DNA of 64,000 bases. Source: Nitrospirae bacterium JdFR-86 (GTDB lineage: Bacteria; Nitrospirota; Thermodesulfovibrionia; Thermodesulfovibrionales; JdFR-86). Within the stretch, counting starts at the first letter, position 1; every line of letters begins with the position of its first letter. The notes beneath the pieces are model-generated. The model was given only the letters and a program-made list of their open reading frames with translations, did not search any database and was not told the DNA's origin. Position numbers and translations under genes: made by a program. Of the stretch, positions 7,417 to 17,535 are shown piece after piece. Where the stretch lies: the NCBI GenBank assembly GCA_002011815.1, contig MTOV01000015.1, positions 1,405 through 65,404 on the forward strand, read 5' to 3'.

Positions 7417-9258
7417 ATGGAGAAATACCGTGCAAATTTGATGGTATGCGGCGGCACAGGCTGTATAGCAGGCGGGGGACTTAAGATAAAGGATGCACTG
7501 GTTGAGGAGATTAAAAAGAGAGGGCTGGAAAACGAAGTCAATGTAGTGCTTACCGGCTGTAACGGCTTTTGCGCAGAAGGACCTATAATGACCGTTTATC
7601 CCGACGGCGTATTCTACGAAAAGCTCAAGGTGGAGGACATCCCCCTGCTCGTTGAAGAGCACCTGCTTAAAGGCAGGCCTGTCGAGAAACTGATGTATAA
7701 AGAGCCGGAGAAGAAGCATGCAGTGCCTGTGATGAAGGACATACCGTTCTTCAGCCTTCAGGTTTTAAGGGCATTGAGAAACAAGGGTATGATAGACCCT
7801 GAAAAGATAGAGGAGTATATAGCAAGGGACGGCTATCAGGCAGCAGCAAAGGCATTGACCGAGATGACGCCTGAGGAGATAATCAGCACGGTAAAGGCGT
7901 CAGGGCTTCGTGGAAGAGGCGGTGCAGGCTTCCTTACCGGACTTAAATGGGAGTTCTGTTCAAAGGTTACTGCTGACCAGAAATACATACTGTGTAACGG
8001 AGACGAGGGAGACCCTGGTGCGTTCATGGACAGAAGCATAATGGAGGCAGACCCGCATGTGGTTCTTGAAGGCATGATAATAGCGGCAAAAGCCATTGGC
8101 GCATCAAAAGGCTATATATATGTGAGGGCGGAGTATCCGCTTGCAGTAAGAAGGCTTCAGCTTGCCATAGACCAGGCAAAGGAATACGGACTGCTCGGTG
8201 AAGACATCCTGGGCACAGGGTTTAACTTGGACATAGAGATATATCAGGGTGCAGGCGCTTTCGTCTGCGGAGAGGAGACCGCTCTTATGCGTTCCCTCGA
8301 AGGAAAGCGTGGAATGCCGATACCAAGACCTCCGTTCCCTGTGCATAAAGGACTCTGGGCAAAGCCTTCGGTGCTTAACAATGTCGAGACGTTTGCAAAC
8401 ATCCCGCCGATAATCCTCCACGGTGCGGACTGGTACAGAAGCCTCGGCACGGAAAAGTCCACAGGCACAAAGGTCTTTGCGCTTACAGGTGCGGTAAACA
8501 ACATCGGTCTTATAGAAGTGCCGATGGGTATTCCTCTTAGAAAGATAATCTTTGACATAGGCGGTGGAATAAAGAAAGGCAGGAAGTTTAAGGCAGTTCA
8601 GCTTGGAGGTCCTTCAGGCGGATGTATTCCTGAAGAGTTGCTCGACACACCGGTTACATATGAAGACATAGTCAAGACCGGTGCGATTGTCGGCTCAGGC
8701 GGAATGGTTGTTATGGATGACCTGAACTGCATGGTCTCTGTTGCCAAGTTCTTCCTTGAGTTTACAGCTGATGAGTCCTGCGGGAAGTGCCCGCCGTGCA
8801 GAATCGGCACGAGGGTGATGCTCGATATGCTTACGGATATTACAGAGGGACGGGGCAAGCCCGGTGATGTAGAGCTTCTTCAGGACTTGGCACAGGACAT
8901 TATAAACACATCTCTTTGCGGTCTCGGGCAGACCGCACCGAACCCTGTGCTTACCACTATCAAGTATTTTGCCGATGAGTATGAATCTCATATAAAGGAC
9001 GGCTGGTGCAAGGCAGGGGTTTGCAGAGACCTTGTCACCTTCTACATAGATGCAGAGACGTGTAAAGGCTGTGGTGCATGCATGAGGGTTTGTCCTGCAG
9101 GAGCGATTACAGGCGAGAAGAAGAAACCGCATCACATCAATCAGGAGCTTTGCATAAAGTGTCGTTCATGTTTTGAAAGATGCAAGTTTGACTCTGTAAA
9201 GACAGGTCCAGCGAGCATGCGAGAAGAACTCTTGAAGAAACAGCCTGTTGAGGCATAG
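7417..9258 (+). CDS. NuoF/HndC-type NAD(P)H-binding flavoprotein subunit with extra Fe-S domains
   Basis: N-terminal 2Fe-2S-like domain (CGGTGC...CNGFC). GRGGAGF and GDEGDPGAF (FMN/NADH) motifs. ESCGKCPPCR N3 cluster. C-terminal 2x[4Fe-4S] (CKGCGAC..C, CIKCRSC..C). Confidence 0.9.
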   Translation: MEKYRANLMVCGGTGCIAGGGLKIKDALVEEIKKRGLENEVNVVLTGCNGFCAEGPIMTVYPDGVFYEKLKVEDIPLLVEEHLLKGRPVEKLMYKEPEKKHAVPVMKDIPFFSLQVLRALRNKGMIDPEKIEEYIARDGYQAAAKALTEMTPEEIISTVKASGLRGRGGAGFLTGLKWEFCSKVTADQKYILCNGDEGDPGAFMDRSIMEADPHVVLEGMIIAAKAIGASKGYIYVRAEYPLAVRRLQLAIDQAKEYGLLGEDILGTGFNLDIEIYQGAGAFVCGEETALMRSLEGKRGMPIPRPPFPVHKGLWAKPSVLNNVETFANIPPIILHGADWYRSLGTEKSTGTKVFALTGAVNNIGLIEVPMGIPLRKIIFDIGGGIKKGRKFKAVQLGGPSGGCIPEELLDTPVTYEDIVKTGAIVGSGGMVVMDDLNCMVSVAKFFLEFTADESCGKCPPCRIGTRVMLDMLTDITEGRGKPGDVELLQDLAQDIINTSLCGLGQTAPNPVLTTIKYFADEYESHIKDGWCKAGVCRDLVTFYIDAETCKGCGACMRVCPAGAITGEKKKPHHINQELCIKCRSCFERCKFDSVKTGPASMREELLKKQPVEA

Positions 9259-9287
9259 AAAATTTCATGGATTTAAGGAGTCCGGAT

Positions 9288-11774
9288 ATGATAGAGCTTA
9301 CGATTAACGGAAAGAACATTTCAGTAGAACCTAACACCACAATTTTGCAGGCGGCTTTGGCTAACGGGATATACATTCCGCATCTGTGCTGGGACAGGAG
9401 GCTTGCGCCTTACGGTGGATGCAGGCTTTGCCTTGTTGAAGTAGAAGGGCAGAGGAAGCTTCTTGCAGCGTGTTCGACTCCTGCGGAAAACGGCATGGTC
9501 GTGCAGACAGAGACGCCAAAACTGCACAAGGCAAGAAGAACAGTGCTTGAGCTTTTGCTCATACACCATCCTCTTGACTGCCCTGTATGTGACAAGGCAG
9601 GCGAGTGCGAGCTTCAGGACCTCGCCTTCAAATACGGACCGTCTGAAAGCAGGTTTAAAGGAGAGAGAAAGCACGAGCCTGAGAACCTTGCCGCACCGCT
9701 TGTCGAACGAAACCCCAACAGGTGCATACTATGCGGCAAGTGCGTAAGGGTCTGTAGTGACCATCAGGGTGTTGGCGCAATAAACCTCATAGGCAGAGGG
9801 TTTACGACAAAGGTCAGTCCTGCCTTTGAGGAAACGCTTGACTGCGAGTTCTGCGGTCAGTGCATAGACGCCTGCCCGGTAGGCGCTCTCGGAAGCAAGC
9901 CTTACAGATTCCGCTCAAGAGTGTGGTTTATGGAAGAGCAGGAGACAGTCTGTCCATACTGTGGTTGCGGATGCACGCTTACGCTCGGTATCAGAGAAGG
10001 CAGGATAATACGCTCAAGAGGGCAGGACGGCGTTGGTATAAGCAAAGGCGATCTCTGCGGCAAAGGCAGGTTCGGCTTTGACTACCTGTATTCAGAGCAC
10101 AGGCTGTCCACCCCGCTTATAAGAAAAGGAGAGGAACTTGAGCCTGCTACATGGGAAGAAGCTCTCTTTTTCATAAGTGAGGAAATCAAGAGGATTAAGG
10201 ATAAATACGGGGCAGAGGCAATAGGTGCTATAGGTTCTCAAAGATGCACGGTTGAAGACAACTACATGCTTCAGAAGTTCATGCGGGAAGTGGTTGGTTC
10301 AAACAACATAGACTCTGCGGCAAGATTCGGCTATGCAAAGATTCAGGAGGCTGTTAAAAAGGCATTCGGGATTAATGCCCTGCCGATAGATTTCGACTCG
10401 CCTTTAAAGGTAGATGTGATACTTGTTGTAGAGTCTGATATAACGTCAACGCATCCTGTGTTCGGACTTAATATTCTCATGGCGAAGAGGCAGGAGGGTG
10501 CTACTGTCATAGTTGCTGACCCGAAATTTACAAAGCTTTCAAGGCACAGCTCGAAATGGCTCAGGATGAAGCCGGGCACTTCTATTGCCCTTATGAACGG
10601 CATAATGAAGGTAATGCTTGATGAAGGGCTTGTCAGCGAAGATGCGACAAAGATTCCTAATTTCGATTCACTTAAAGAGACTTTAAACGACTATACGCCT
10701 GAGAAAGTGGCTGAGATTACAGGTGTGAGTGCCTCTGATATAGTGGATACGGCACGTAAGTTCGCACAGGCTAAAAACAGACTGCTTTGTCTTACAATCG
10801 GTGATTCTGAAAACACAAAGGGCTTGAATACTGCGCTGGCTGCAGCCAATCTTGTGCTTCTTTCAGGCTCAGGACCTGAGGCTTTGCAGATGCCTGCAGA
10901 GTTTTCAAACACGCTGGGGCTTTATGAAGCAGGCGTCAGACCGGACTGCACTGCCGCACATAAGCCTGTGGAGAACAAAGGGCTTGACATCTACGGCATG
11001 CTTTATGATGAAAACTCTCCTATAAAGGCGCTTTACATAATGGGAGAGAATCCGGTTGTAACATTCCCGCGTGCAAATTTTGTCGAGGGAGTGCTTAAAG
11101 GGCTTGATTTTCTCGTTGTTCAGGACATAATGCTTACGGACACTGCAAAACTTGCTGATGTTGTGCTTCCGGCTTCAAGCTGGTCGGAAAAAGAAGGCAC
11201 ATTCGTAGGCACAACAGGCATCCCGCAGAGGGTCGTGAAGTGTGTCCCTGAGACCGGACTTTCAATCCCTGACTGGATGATACTCAGGAACCTTGCAAGA
11301 ACCATGCAGAAGGACATCGGGGCAAAGGACATCGAAACCCTTAAGGCAGAGATAGCACAGAATATTGATTTTAAGTTTGAGATTTCAGAATTCGAGCCTT
11401 CGTTCAACCCTGTAGTTTACAGTGGCGGTGAGTCCCCTGACAGTGAGTATCCGCTTTGTATGGTTACAGGCATTCTTATGCAGCATTCAGGCAGTCTTAC
11501 AATACTGTCCAAGAGCCTGGGCAGTGTTGTCTCGGATGCCTATTTGCAGATAAACGATGCTGATGCCAGAAAGTTCAGCGTTAAGGATGAAGAATATGTC
11601 AGGGTTATATCAAGAAGGGGAGAGGTGTATCTCAAGGCGAAAGTCACCGATGAGGTGCCGGAGGGAATGCTCTTTGTGCCTGCTCATTTCCCGCATGCAA
11701 GGGTCAATGCGCTTACATACCCTCCTTCTAACGGTGACTCGCCGGTTGTTGCTGTGAAGATAGAACCAGCTTAA
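9288..11774 (+). CDS. NuoG/FdhA-like Fe-S and molybdopterin-oxidoreductase-fold subunit lacking the FDH catalytic Cys/Sec-His
   Basis: The ATG at 9288 lies 7 nt after AAGGAG. N-terminal 2Fe-2S (CRLC), HPLDCPVCDKAGEC, two 4Fe-4S motifs and MopB CPYCGCGC...CGKG. Where FDH has ARVC/UHGP, this sequence reads AARFGYAK (10305-10340). Confidence 0.8.
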   Translation: MIELTINGKNISVEPNTTILQAALANGIYIPHLCWDRRLAPYGGCRLCLVEVEGQRKLLAACSTPAENGMVVQTETPKLHKARRTVLELLLIHHPLDCPVCDKAGECELQDLAFKYGPSESRFKGERKHEPENLAAPLVERNPNRCILCGKCVRVCSDHQGVGAINLIGRGFTTKVSPAFEETLDCEFCGQCIDACPVGALGSKPYRFRSRVWFMEEQETVCPYCGCGCTLTLGIREGRIIRSRGQDGVGISKGDLCGKGRFGFDYLYSEHRLSTPLIRKGEELEPATWEEALFFISEEIKRIKDKYGAEAIGAIGSQRCTVEDNYMLQKFMREVVGSNNIDSAARFGYAKIQEAVKKAFGINALPIDFDSPLKVDVILVVESDITSTHPVFGLNILMAKRQEGATVIVADPKFTKLSRHSSKWLRMKPGTSIALMNGIMKVMLDEGLVSEDATKIPNFDSLKETLNDYTPEKVAEITGVSASDIVDTARKFAQAKNRLLCLTIGDSENTKGLNTALAAANLVLLSGSGPEALQMPAEFSNTLGLYEAGVRPDCTAAHKPVENKGLDIYGMLYDENSPIKALYIMGENPVVTFPRANFVEGVLKGLDFLVVQDIMLTDTAKLADVVLPASSWSEKEGTFVGTTGIPQRVVKCVPETGLSIPDWMILRNLARTMQKDIGAKDIETLKAEIAQNIDFKFEISEFEPSFNPVVYSGGESPDSEYPLCMVTGILMQHSGSLTILSKSLGSVVSDAYLQINDADARKFSVKDEEYVRVISRRGEVYLKAKVTDEVPEGMLFVPAHFPHARVNALTYPPSNGDSPVVAVKIEPA

Positions 11775-11795
11775 TTCAAAGCAGGGAGATAAGGC

Positions 11796-12203
11796 ATGAA
11801 GAAGAATGTTTGCGTAATAGGTATTCTGGTTCTTGTGGGTGTACTGTGGTATATGCCACAAATTGTTTCCGCTCAGAGTGTCAAATTTACTATTTCACGG
11901 ATGGTTGTTAGCTCAGACGTGCAGGAAAAAGAGCCTGTTGGTATTGCCGAGACATTTCCGGCTTCTACAGAAAAGGTTTATTGTTTTGTTGAAGCCCGTG
12001 ACATTGCTGAGGATACTAATGTCGGCTTTGTGTGGTATTACGAAGACAGGGAAGTGGCAAGAGTTCAACTGCCTTTGAAAAAAGGTATTAGATGGAGAAC
12101 TTACAGCAGTAAGCGATTAGCAGGGCTGAAGGGTAACTGGAAGGTGGAGCTTCATGATGCTGACGGAAATACCCTGCATGGCATTACGTTTAAGGTGGAA
12201 TGA
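11796..12203 (+). CDS. secreted DUF2914-like protein
   Basis: Signal peptide (MKKNVCVIGILVLVGVLWYMPQIVSA). The pattern VYCFVEARDI...VGFVWYYEDREV...W is as in DUF2914. Confidence 0.55.
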   Translation: MKKNVCVIGILVLVGVLWYMPQIVSAQSVKFTISRMVVSSDVQEKEPVGIAETFPASTEKVYCFVEARDIAEDTNVGFVWYYEDREVARVQLPLKKGIRWRTYSSKRLAGLKGNWKVELHDADGNTLHGITFKVE

Positions 12204-12225
12204 TCGAATATTTTCATTTCTGTTC

Positions 12226-12252
12226 AAGGGGCGACATATGTCGCCCCTTTCC
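12226..12252 (+). terminator. hairpin terminator
   Basis: GGGGCGACAtaTGTCGCCCC perfect palindrome followed by TTT. Confidence 0.6.
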
Positions 12253-12397
12253 ATCCTGAATTTAATTCCTTCAAATAAGAAAAATCACATCAGTCAAAGC
12301 ACCCTTTTGGTATTTATTGGAACGGATTTTGCTATAAATTATATTAGGAGAGGTGTGCAGATTTTAGACATAAGGCAGGCAGATGACATAACCGGCA

Positions 12398-13462
12398 TTG
12401 CCGACTGCAAAAGGGGGTACCGGGGCTGTGCAAAAGCGCGATTTTTTAAGTCTGCTTAAGGAAGACCTTGCCGGTTTGGTGCTGGCTGTTTTGATTGGGC
12501 TCATGGGGTATGGGGCAAAGCTGATTATGCAGTCTCCAATTGCTGACCCTCTGCTCGTTGCAATGGTTATGGGGATTGTTGTCAGGACAGCAACAGGAGG
12601 CAGTACAAGGTTAAGACCTGGATTTACTGTTGCCCCTATGATATTCATCCCTCTGGGCATAGGTTTTTATGCAGCAAACAATCTGAATTTTGTGAAATTT
12701 GCAAAGGTGCAGACAAGTATAATATCGATACTGATAGTTGTGATTTTTGTTTATTTTGCGGTTATACTTCTTCTTGGCAAGTTACTTGGACAGAAGAAAC
12801 AGATAACTTATTTAACGGCAACTGGTTCAGCTATCTGTGGTGCATCGGCAATTGCGATTACATCGCCTGCTGTTGAGGCAGAGCCTGATGATATTTCAAT
12901 CTCTCTCCTGTCAGTGGCTCTGGCGGCACTTGTTGGACTGTTTATAATCCTTCCTTTTTGTGCAACGCTTCTGGGTATAACAGACAGGAATTACAGCTTG
13001 CTTTCCGCCTCTGTTTTGCAATTCACCGGGTTTGTAAAGGCTGCAGTTGGAAGTGCAGCGTTTTTAAGCACCGATACTCCTGTCAGGGATTTGATGTCTC
13101 TTGCATTGTCAGTCAAGGCAGTGAGGTATCTCGGCTTGCTGATAGCCATTCCGTTGTTTGCAAGTCTTGTAAGAAAAAAGCTGTATATTCCATGGATACT
13201 TTGGTTTTTCCTTGGTTGCGGATTGCTCGGTACATGGGTTTACTCAAGCAACGAGACCTTTTATACAGAGACACTAACGCCCCTTATCAGACCGATATAT
13301 GATGTTTCATGGTCTATTGCCATGGCGGCGATAGGTCTGAATGTGGATGCACGAGAGTTGTTGAGCAACAACGGGACTAAAGCCCTGATAATGGCTTTTA
13401 CAGGGTTCTTTGCGGCAACTGCTACGTTTTTTATCGGGCTTTATATCTTTGTTATAAGGTGA
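12398..13462 (+). CDS. YeiH/UPF0324-family integral membrane protein (putative sulfate exporter family)
   Basis: Polytopic membrane protein of about 350 aa with TGSAICGASAIA, the motif characteristic of this family. Start is uncertain. Confidence 0.6.
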   Translation: MPTAKGGTGAVQKRDFLSLLKEDLAGLVLAVLIGLMGYGAKLIMQSPIADPLLVAMVMGIVVRTATGGSTRLRPGFTVAPMIFIPLGIGFYAANNLNFVKFAKVQTSIISILIVVIFVYFAVILLLGKLLGQKKQITYLTATGSAICGASAIAITSPAVEAEPDDISISLLSVALAALVGLFIILPFCATLLGITDRNYSLLSASVLQFTGFVKAAVGSAAFLSTDTPVRDLMSLALSVKAVRYLGLLIAIPLFASLVRKKLYIPWILWFFLGCGLLGTWVYSSNETFYTETLTPLIRPIYDVSWSIAMAAIGLNVDARELLSNNGTKALIMAFTGFFAATATFFIGLYIFVIR

Positions 13463-13468
13463 GCAGGG

Positions 13469-14848
13469 ATGGCTGGTGAAGCAAGTACTCAAAAGTCGAG
13501 TCTGAGAAACAACCTTATGGTGTTCTTCTTCCTGATTATCATAATTTGGGGGATTCTCATTACTGAGTTTTTCCAGTATGTGCTTCAGGAAACATTGAGT
13601 GGTACTGGACTTGACGAGGCAGTCATAAAGAAAATCACCGTTAATTTTACGACCCTGAGCACAGGCGTTACGATTGCCGGCACTCTGATAGTGTTGGTTA
13701 TTGCCTTACTTCTTTCAAAGACCATTACGGATCCGATTAAGAAATTAATTGACGGAGTGGCGGAGGTGGCCAAAGGCAATTTCAGCACAAGGATAGAGGT
13801 GACCAGTCAGGATGAGTTGGGTCAGCTTGCCAGAGGGTTCAACCATATGACTAATCAGCTTGAAGAGTTGCTCTACAGAATAGAAGCGGCAAAAAAATAC
13901 ACAGACAATATAGTGACGACAATACCCTCGATTCTTATAGTTCTGGACAGCAGGATGAATGTTCTTTCCACTAACATGGACTCTGACAAACTCAAGAATG
14001 GGACACCATCTATTGGACTTCTGCAATTTGTAGAACCGCTTAAAGATGAGATAAAGGCATGCCTTGAAACAGGAGAGATACAAAACAAGGAGATAGCCCT
14101 TAATACAGAAGGTGCTGAAACGCCTTTGGTTTTCTCTGCAGCGGTTTCTCAAATAGAGCTTGAAGAGGAGATAGGTGTGCTTCTTACAATCACTGATATT
14201 ACCGAACAGAAGCTGGCACAGGAACGTATAAAAGCATCGCTTAAAGAAAAGGAGGTGCTTCTTAAGGAGGTTCATCACAGGGTCAAGAACAATCTGCAGG
14301 TTATTTCAAGTCTCTTGAGTCTTCAGGCAGGCTATGTAAATGACAAGCAGGCGCTTGAGCTGTTTAAGGAGAGCCAGAACCGCGTAAGGTCAATGGCAAT
14401 TATCCATGAAAGGCTTTATCAGTCAAAGGATCTTGGGAGGATAGACTTTCGGGGTTATGTCCGGGATCTGGCAGACAACTTATTCCGCTCATACGGTGTG
14501 GATTCTGGACGTATTATGTTGAATGTGAATGTTGACAATGTTTTTCTTGGAGTGGACATGGCAATTCCCTGCGGGTTGATTGTCAACGAGCTGGTCTCTA
14601 ATTCTTTAAAATATGCTTTTCCAGAAGGAAGAAAGGGGGAAATTCGCATTGATCTCTTTCCAGAAGGAGAGAAAAATCTTGTGTTGATTGTCAAGGACAA
14701 TGGGATTGGTTTTCCAGAAGAGCTTGACTTCAGAAACACAGAGACATTGGGTTTACAGTTGGTGAATACCTTGACTGAGCAGGTAGGCGGCACGATTACT
14801 CTTAGTAGAGAAGGCGGAACAATGTTCAAGATTGTTCTGCCCAATTGA
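13469..14848 (+). CDS. sensor histidine kinase (HAMP + PAS-like + HisKA_2/HWE-type + HATPase_c)
   Basis: Two TM segments, HAMP (ITDPIKKLIDG...DELGQLARGFNHM), H-box EVHHRVKNNLQVISSLL, and ATPase boxes NELVSNSLKYAF, DNGIGF, GLQLV. Confidence 0.85.
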   Translation: MAGEASTQKSSLRNNLMVFFFLIIIIWGILITEFFQYVLQETLSGTGLDEAVIKKITVNFTTLSTGVTIAGTLIVLVIALLLSKTITDPIKKLIDGVAEVAKGNFSTRIEVTSQDELGQLARGFNHMTNQLEELLYRIEAAKKYTDNIVTTIPSILIVLDSRMNVLSTNMDSDKLKNGTPSIGLLQFVEPLKDEIKACLETGEIQNKEIALNTEGAETPLVFSAAVSQIELEEEIGVLLTITDITEQKLAQERIKASLKEKEVLLKEVHHRVKNNLQVISSLLSLQAGYVNDKQALELFKESQNRVRSMAIIHERLYQSKDLGRIDFRGYVRDLADNLFRSYGVDSGRIMLNVNVDNVFLGVDMAIPCGLIVNELVSNSLKYAFPEGRKGEIRIDLFPEGEKNLVLIVKDNGIGFPEELDFRNTETLGLQLVNTLTEQVGGTITLSREGGTMFKIVLPN

Positions 14849-14870
14849 AATAAAAGGAGTGTATTGAAAA

Positions 14871-16931
14871 ATGGAAGAGGTACGGATATTAATTGTTGAA
14901 GACGAAGGTATTGTAGCAAAGGACATACAGAATCGGCTGAAAAAGCTGGGGTATAGTGTTGCTGGTATTGTTGCATCAGGCGAAGATGCGGTTAAGAAGG
15001 CAGAAGAGACCCGTCCGGATTTGGTGCTTATGGACATCAAGCTAAAAGGCGAGATGAACGGCATAGGTGCTGCAGAGCAGATACGTAAGAAGTTTGACAT
15101 CCCAGTGATATATCTCACCGCGTATGCTGACGAAGACACCATTGAGCGTGCGAAAGTAACAGAGCCGTTCGGCTACATGCTGAAACCGTTTGAAGAAAGA
15201 GAGCTGCGCTCCAACATAGAGATGGCTCTTTACAAGCACAAGATGGAGAAGCGGTTAAGGGAGAGCAAGCAGTGGCTCGCAACGACTTTAAAAAGCATAG
15301 GTGATGCCGTAATTGCTACGGATGAAAAAGGCTGTGTTGCTTTTATGAATCCTGTTGCTGAATCACTTACCGGCTGGAAGCAGGAAGAGGCGATTGGTAA
15401 AAAACTCACAGAGGTGTTCAATATTATTAACGAGAAGACCCGTGCCCTTGCTGAAAACCCGGTGGAAAGGGTTTTGAGGGAGGGCGTTGTCGTCGGACTG
15501 GCAAACCATACAGTGCTTATTGCAAGGGACGGCAGAGAGATACCAATAGATGACAGTGCAGCCCCTATCAAGGACGACAAAGGCAATATTACCGGTGTTG
15601 TTCTGGTTTTTCGTGACATCTCCGAGCGCAAGGAGATGACCGAGGCGTTCAGGGAAAGCGAGGAGAAATTTCGGGGAATCGCTGCCGCTGCAAAGGATGC
15701 AATCATCATGCTGGACAATAATGGGTGTATCACCTATTGGAATCCTGCTGCGGAAAGAATATTCGGCTATACAGCTGAGGAGGCTGTTGGTAAAGAGGCA
15801 CATTTGTTACTTGCACCCAGAAGGTATCACGAAGCCTATGAAAAAGGTTTCAGTGTTTTCAGAATGACAGGACAGGGACCTGCACTCGGAAACACACTTG
15901 AGTTTCTGGCTATGAAAAAAGACGGAACGGAATTTCCCATAGAGGCGTCTGTTTCAGCCATTCAGATTAAGGGTCAGTGGCATGCCGTGGGGATAATCCG
16001 TGACATTACCGAGCGCAAGCGGGCAAAAGAGGCATTGCAAAAGTCTGAAAAATTTCTCAGCACGATATTTGACAGTATTCGCGACCCGTTCAGCATTGTT
16101 GACCGTGACTACAGGATAGTGCGCGTCAATGCAGCATATGCACAGATTAAGAACAAGCCGATTGAGACTCTCGTTGGCAAAAAATGTTACGAGATACTAT
16201 ACGGCAGAGACAGTGTATGCGAGGATTGCGTTGTGGAAAAGACATTCAGTTCATCAGACCCCTGTGCAAAGGACAAACGTATAACCCTTCCTGACGGAGC
16301 AGAGATATGGCTGGAGATTTATACCTATCCGCTGTTCAATGAAGAAGGAGTATTAACCCATGTTATTGAATACACAAGGGACATTACAACCCGTAAAAAA
16401 GCAGAAGAGGAGAGAAAACGTTTAATAGAAAGACTGGAGCATCTGTCCAGAACAGATGGCCTTACAGGGCTTCTTAACAGGAGGGCGCTGCTTGATAAAC
16501 TTGAGTATGAGGTTGACAGGGCAAAGAGATATGGCTCTGAGCTGTCTGTAATACTTTGTGATGTTGATTCCTTCAAGGAGATAAATGATACATATGGTCA
16601 TGCAGCAGGAGACAAAATCCTTCGTGCTGTTTCAGAGACCTTAAGTGAGTCGTTAAGAAGAACAGATATTGCAGGCAGGTATGGAGGCGATGAGTTTATG
16701 CTCATACTGCCGGAGACATCGATCAACGGTGCTGTGAATTTTGCAGAGAGAATTCGTCTGGCACTTGGAGACAAGGAGTTCCAGTTTACAGACAAGCGTT
16801 TAACAACGTCTTTAAGTCTTGGGGTTACAAGCCTCAGGGAAAACGATGATACTGATACATTGATAAAGCGTGCTGATATTGCCATGTATGCTTCAAAGCG
16901 GTCAGGCAAGAATAAAGTCTGTGCGCTTTAA
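14871..16931 (+). CDS. response regulator with PAS domains and a GGDEF diguanylate cyclase output
   Basis: REC ([18 protein letters not shown]), three PAS-like repeats, and RYGGDEF with an upstream RRTD I-site-like motif. Confidence 0.9.
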   Translation: MEEVRILIVEDEGIVAKDIQNRLKKLGYSVAGIVASGEDAVKKAEETRPDLVLMDIKLKGEMNGIGAAEQIRKKFDIPVIYLTAYADEDTIERAKVTEPFGYMLKPFEERELRSNIEMALYKHKMEKRLRESKQWLATTLKSIGDAVIATDEKGCVAFMNPVAESLTGWKQEEAIGKKLTEVFNIINEKTRALAENPVERVLREGVVVGLANHTVLIARDGREIPIDDSAAPIKDDKGNITGVVLVFRDISERKEMTEAFRESEEKFRGIAAAAKDAIIMLDNNGCITYWNPAAERIFGYTAEEAVGKEAHLLLAPRRYHEAYEKGFSVFRMTGQGPALGNTLEFLAMKKDGTEFPIEASVSAIQIKGQWHAVGIIRDITERKRAKEALQKSEKFLSTIFDSIRDPFSIVDRDYRIVRVNAAYAQIKNKPIETLVGKKCYEILYGRDSVCEDCVVEKTFSSSDPCAKDKRITLPDGAEIWLEIYTYPLFNEEGVLTHVIEYTRDITTRKKAEEERKRLIERLEHLSRTDGLTGLLNRRALLDKLEYEVDRAKRYGSELSVILCDVDSFKEINDTYGHAAGDKILRAVSETLSESLRRTDIAGRYGGDEFMLILPETSINGAVNFAERIRLALGDKEFQFTDKRLTTSLSLGVTSLRENDDTDTLIKRADIAMYASKRSGKNKVCAL

Positions 16932-16977
16932 GCTCTTTTTTCTTGTCTTCAGGCTGAACATTCCATAAAATTAATTC

Positions 16978-17502
16978 ATGGCAGGCATCGCGCTCTGGAT
17001 AACAGGGCTTCCGGGAAGCGGAAAAAGCACTGTTTCAGATGCTGTAAAACAAAAGCACTCCGATTTTGTAATCCTCCGGATGGATGAACTCAGAAAGGTA
17101 GCAACCCCTGCACCTACATATTCCCAGACAGAAAGAGATATTCTTTACCGGTGTCTTGTCTTTATGGCAAAGACGCTTACAGAGCTTGGACATGATGTGA
17201 TAATAGATGCAACAGGAAACATGAGGAAGTGGAGGGAGCTTGCAAGAAAACTGATTCCAAGATATGTAGAAGTGTATCTTAAATGTTCTGTTGCGGTCTG
17301 TATGGAGAGGGAAAAGAGGCGTTTTGATACCCATGCTGCTCCAGAGGACATTTATGAGAAAGGCAAAAAAGGCTGGCCTGTTCCAGGCATGGCAGCACCC
17401 TATGAAGAGCCTCTGAATCCGGAGCTTACAGTAGATACAGAGACTGTATCCGTAGAGGATGCAGTAAAGCTCGTACAGAAGGCGATAGACAAGGTTAGGT
17501 AG
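16978..17502 (+). CDS. adenylyl-sulfate (APS) kinase-like P-loop kinase
   Basis: WITGLPGSGKST P-loop. Size and layout resemble CysC-type kinases. Confidence 0.6.
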   Translation: MAGIALWITGLPGSGKSTVSDAVKQKHSDFVILRMDELRKVATPAPTYSQTERDILYRCLVFMAKTLTELGHDVIIDATGNMRKWRELARKLIPRYVEVYLKCSVAVCMEREKRRFDTHAAPEDIYEKGKKGWPVPGMAAPYEEPLNPELTVDTETVSVEDAVKLVQKAIDKVR

Positions 17503-17535
17503 CTTCAGGGACTGTTTTTGGAGTAAAATCTATAG

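Noticed and set aside
9267-11774. NAD-dependent formate dehydrogenase alpha subunit (FdhA) call for the large Fe-S/MopB protein.
   Set aside because: The catalytic SeCys/Cys-His motif position reads AARFGYAK, and there is no in-frame TGA. I called it a NuoG-like degenerate subunit. I also preferred the ATG at 9288, which has a good RBS, over 9267.
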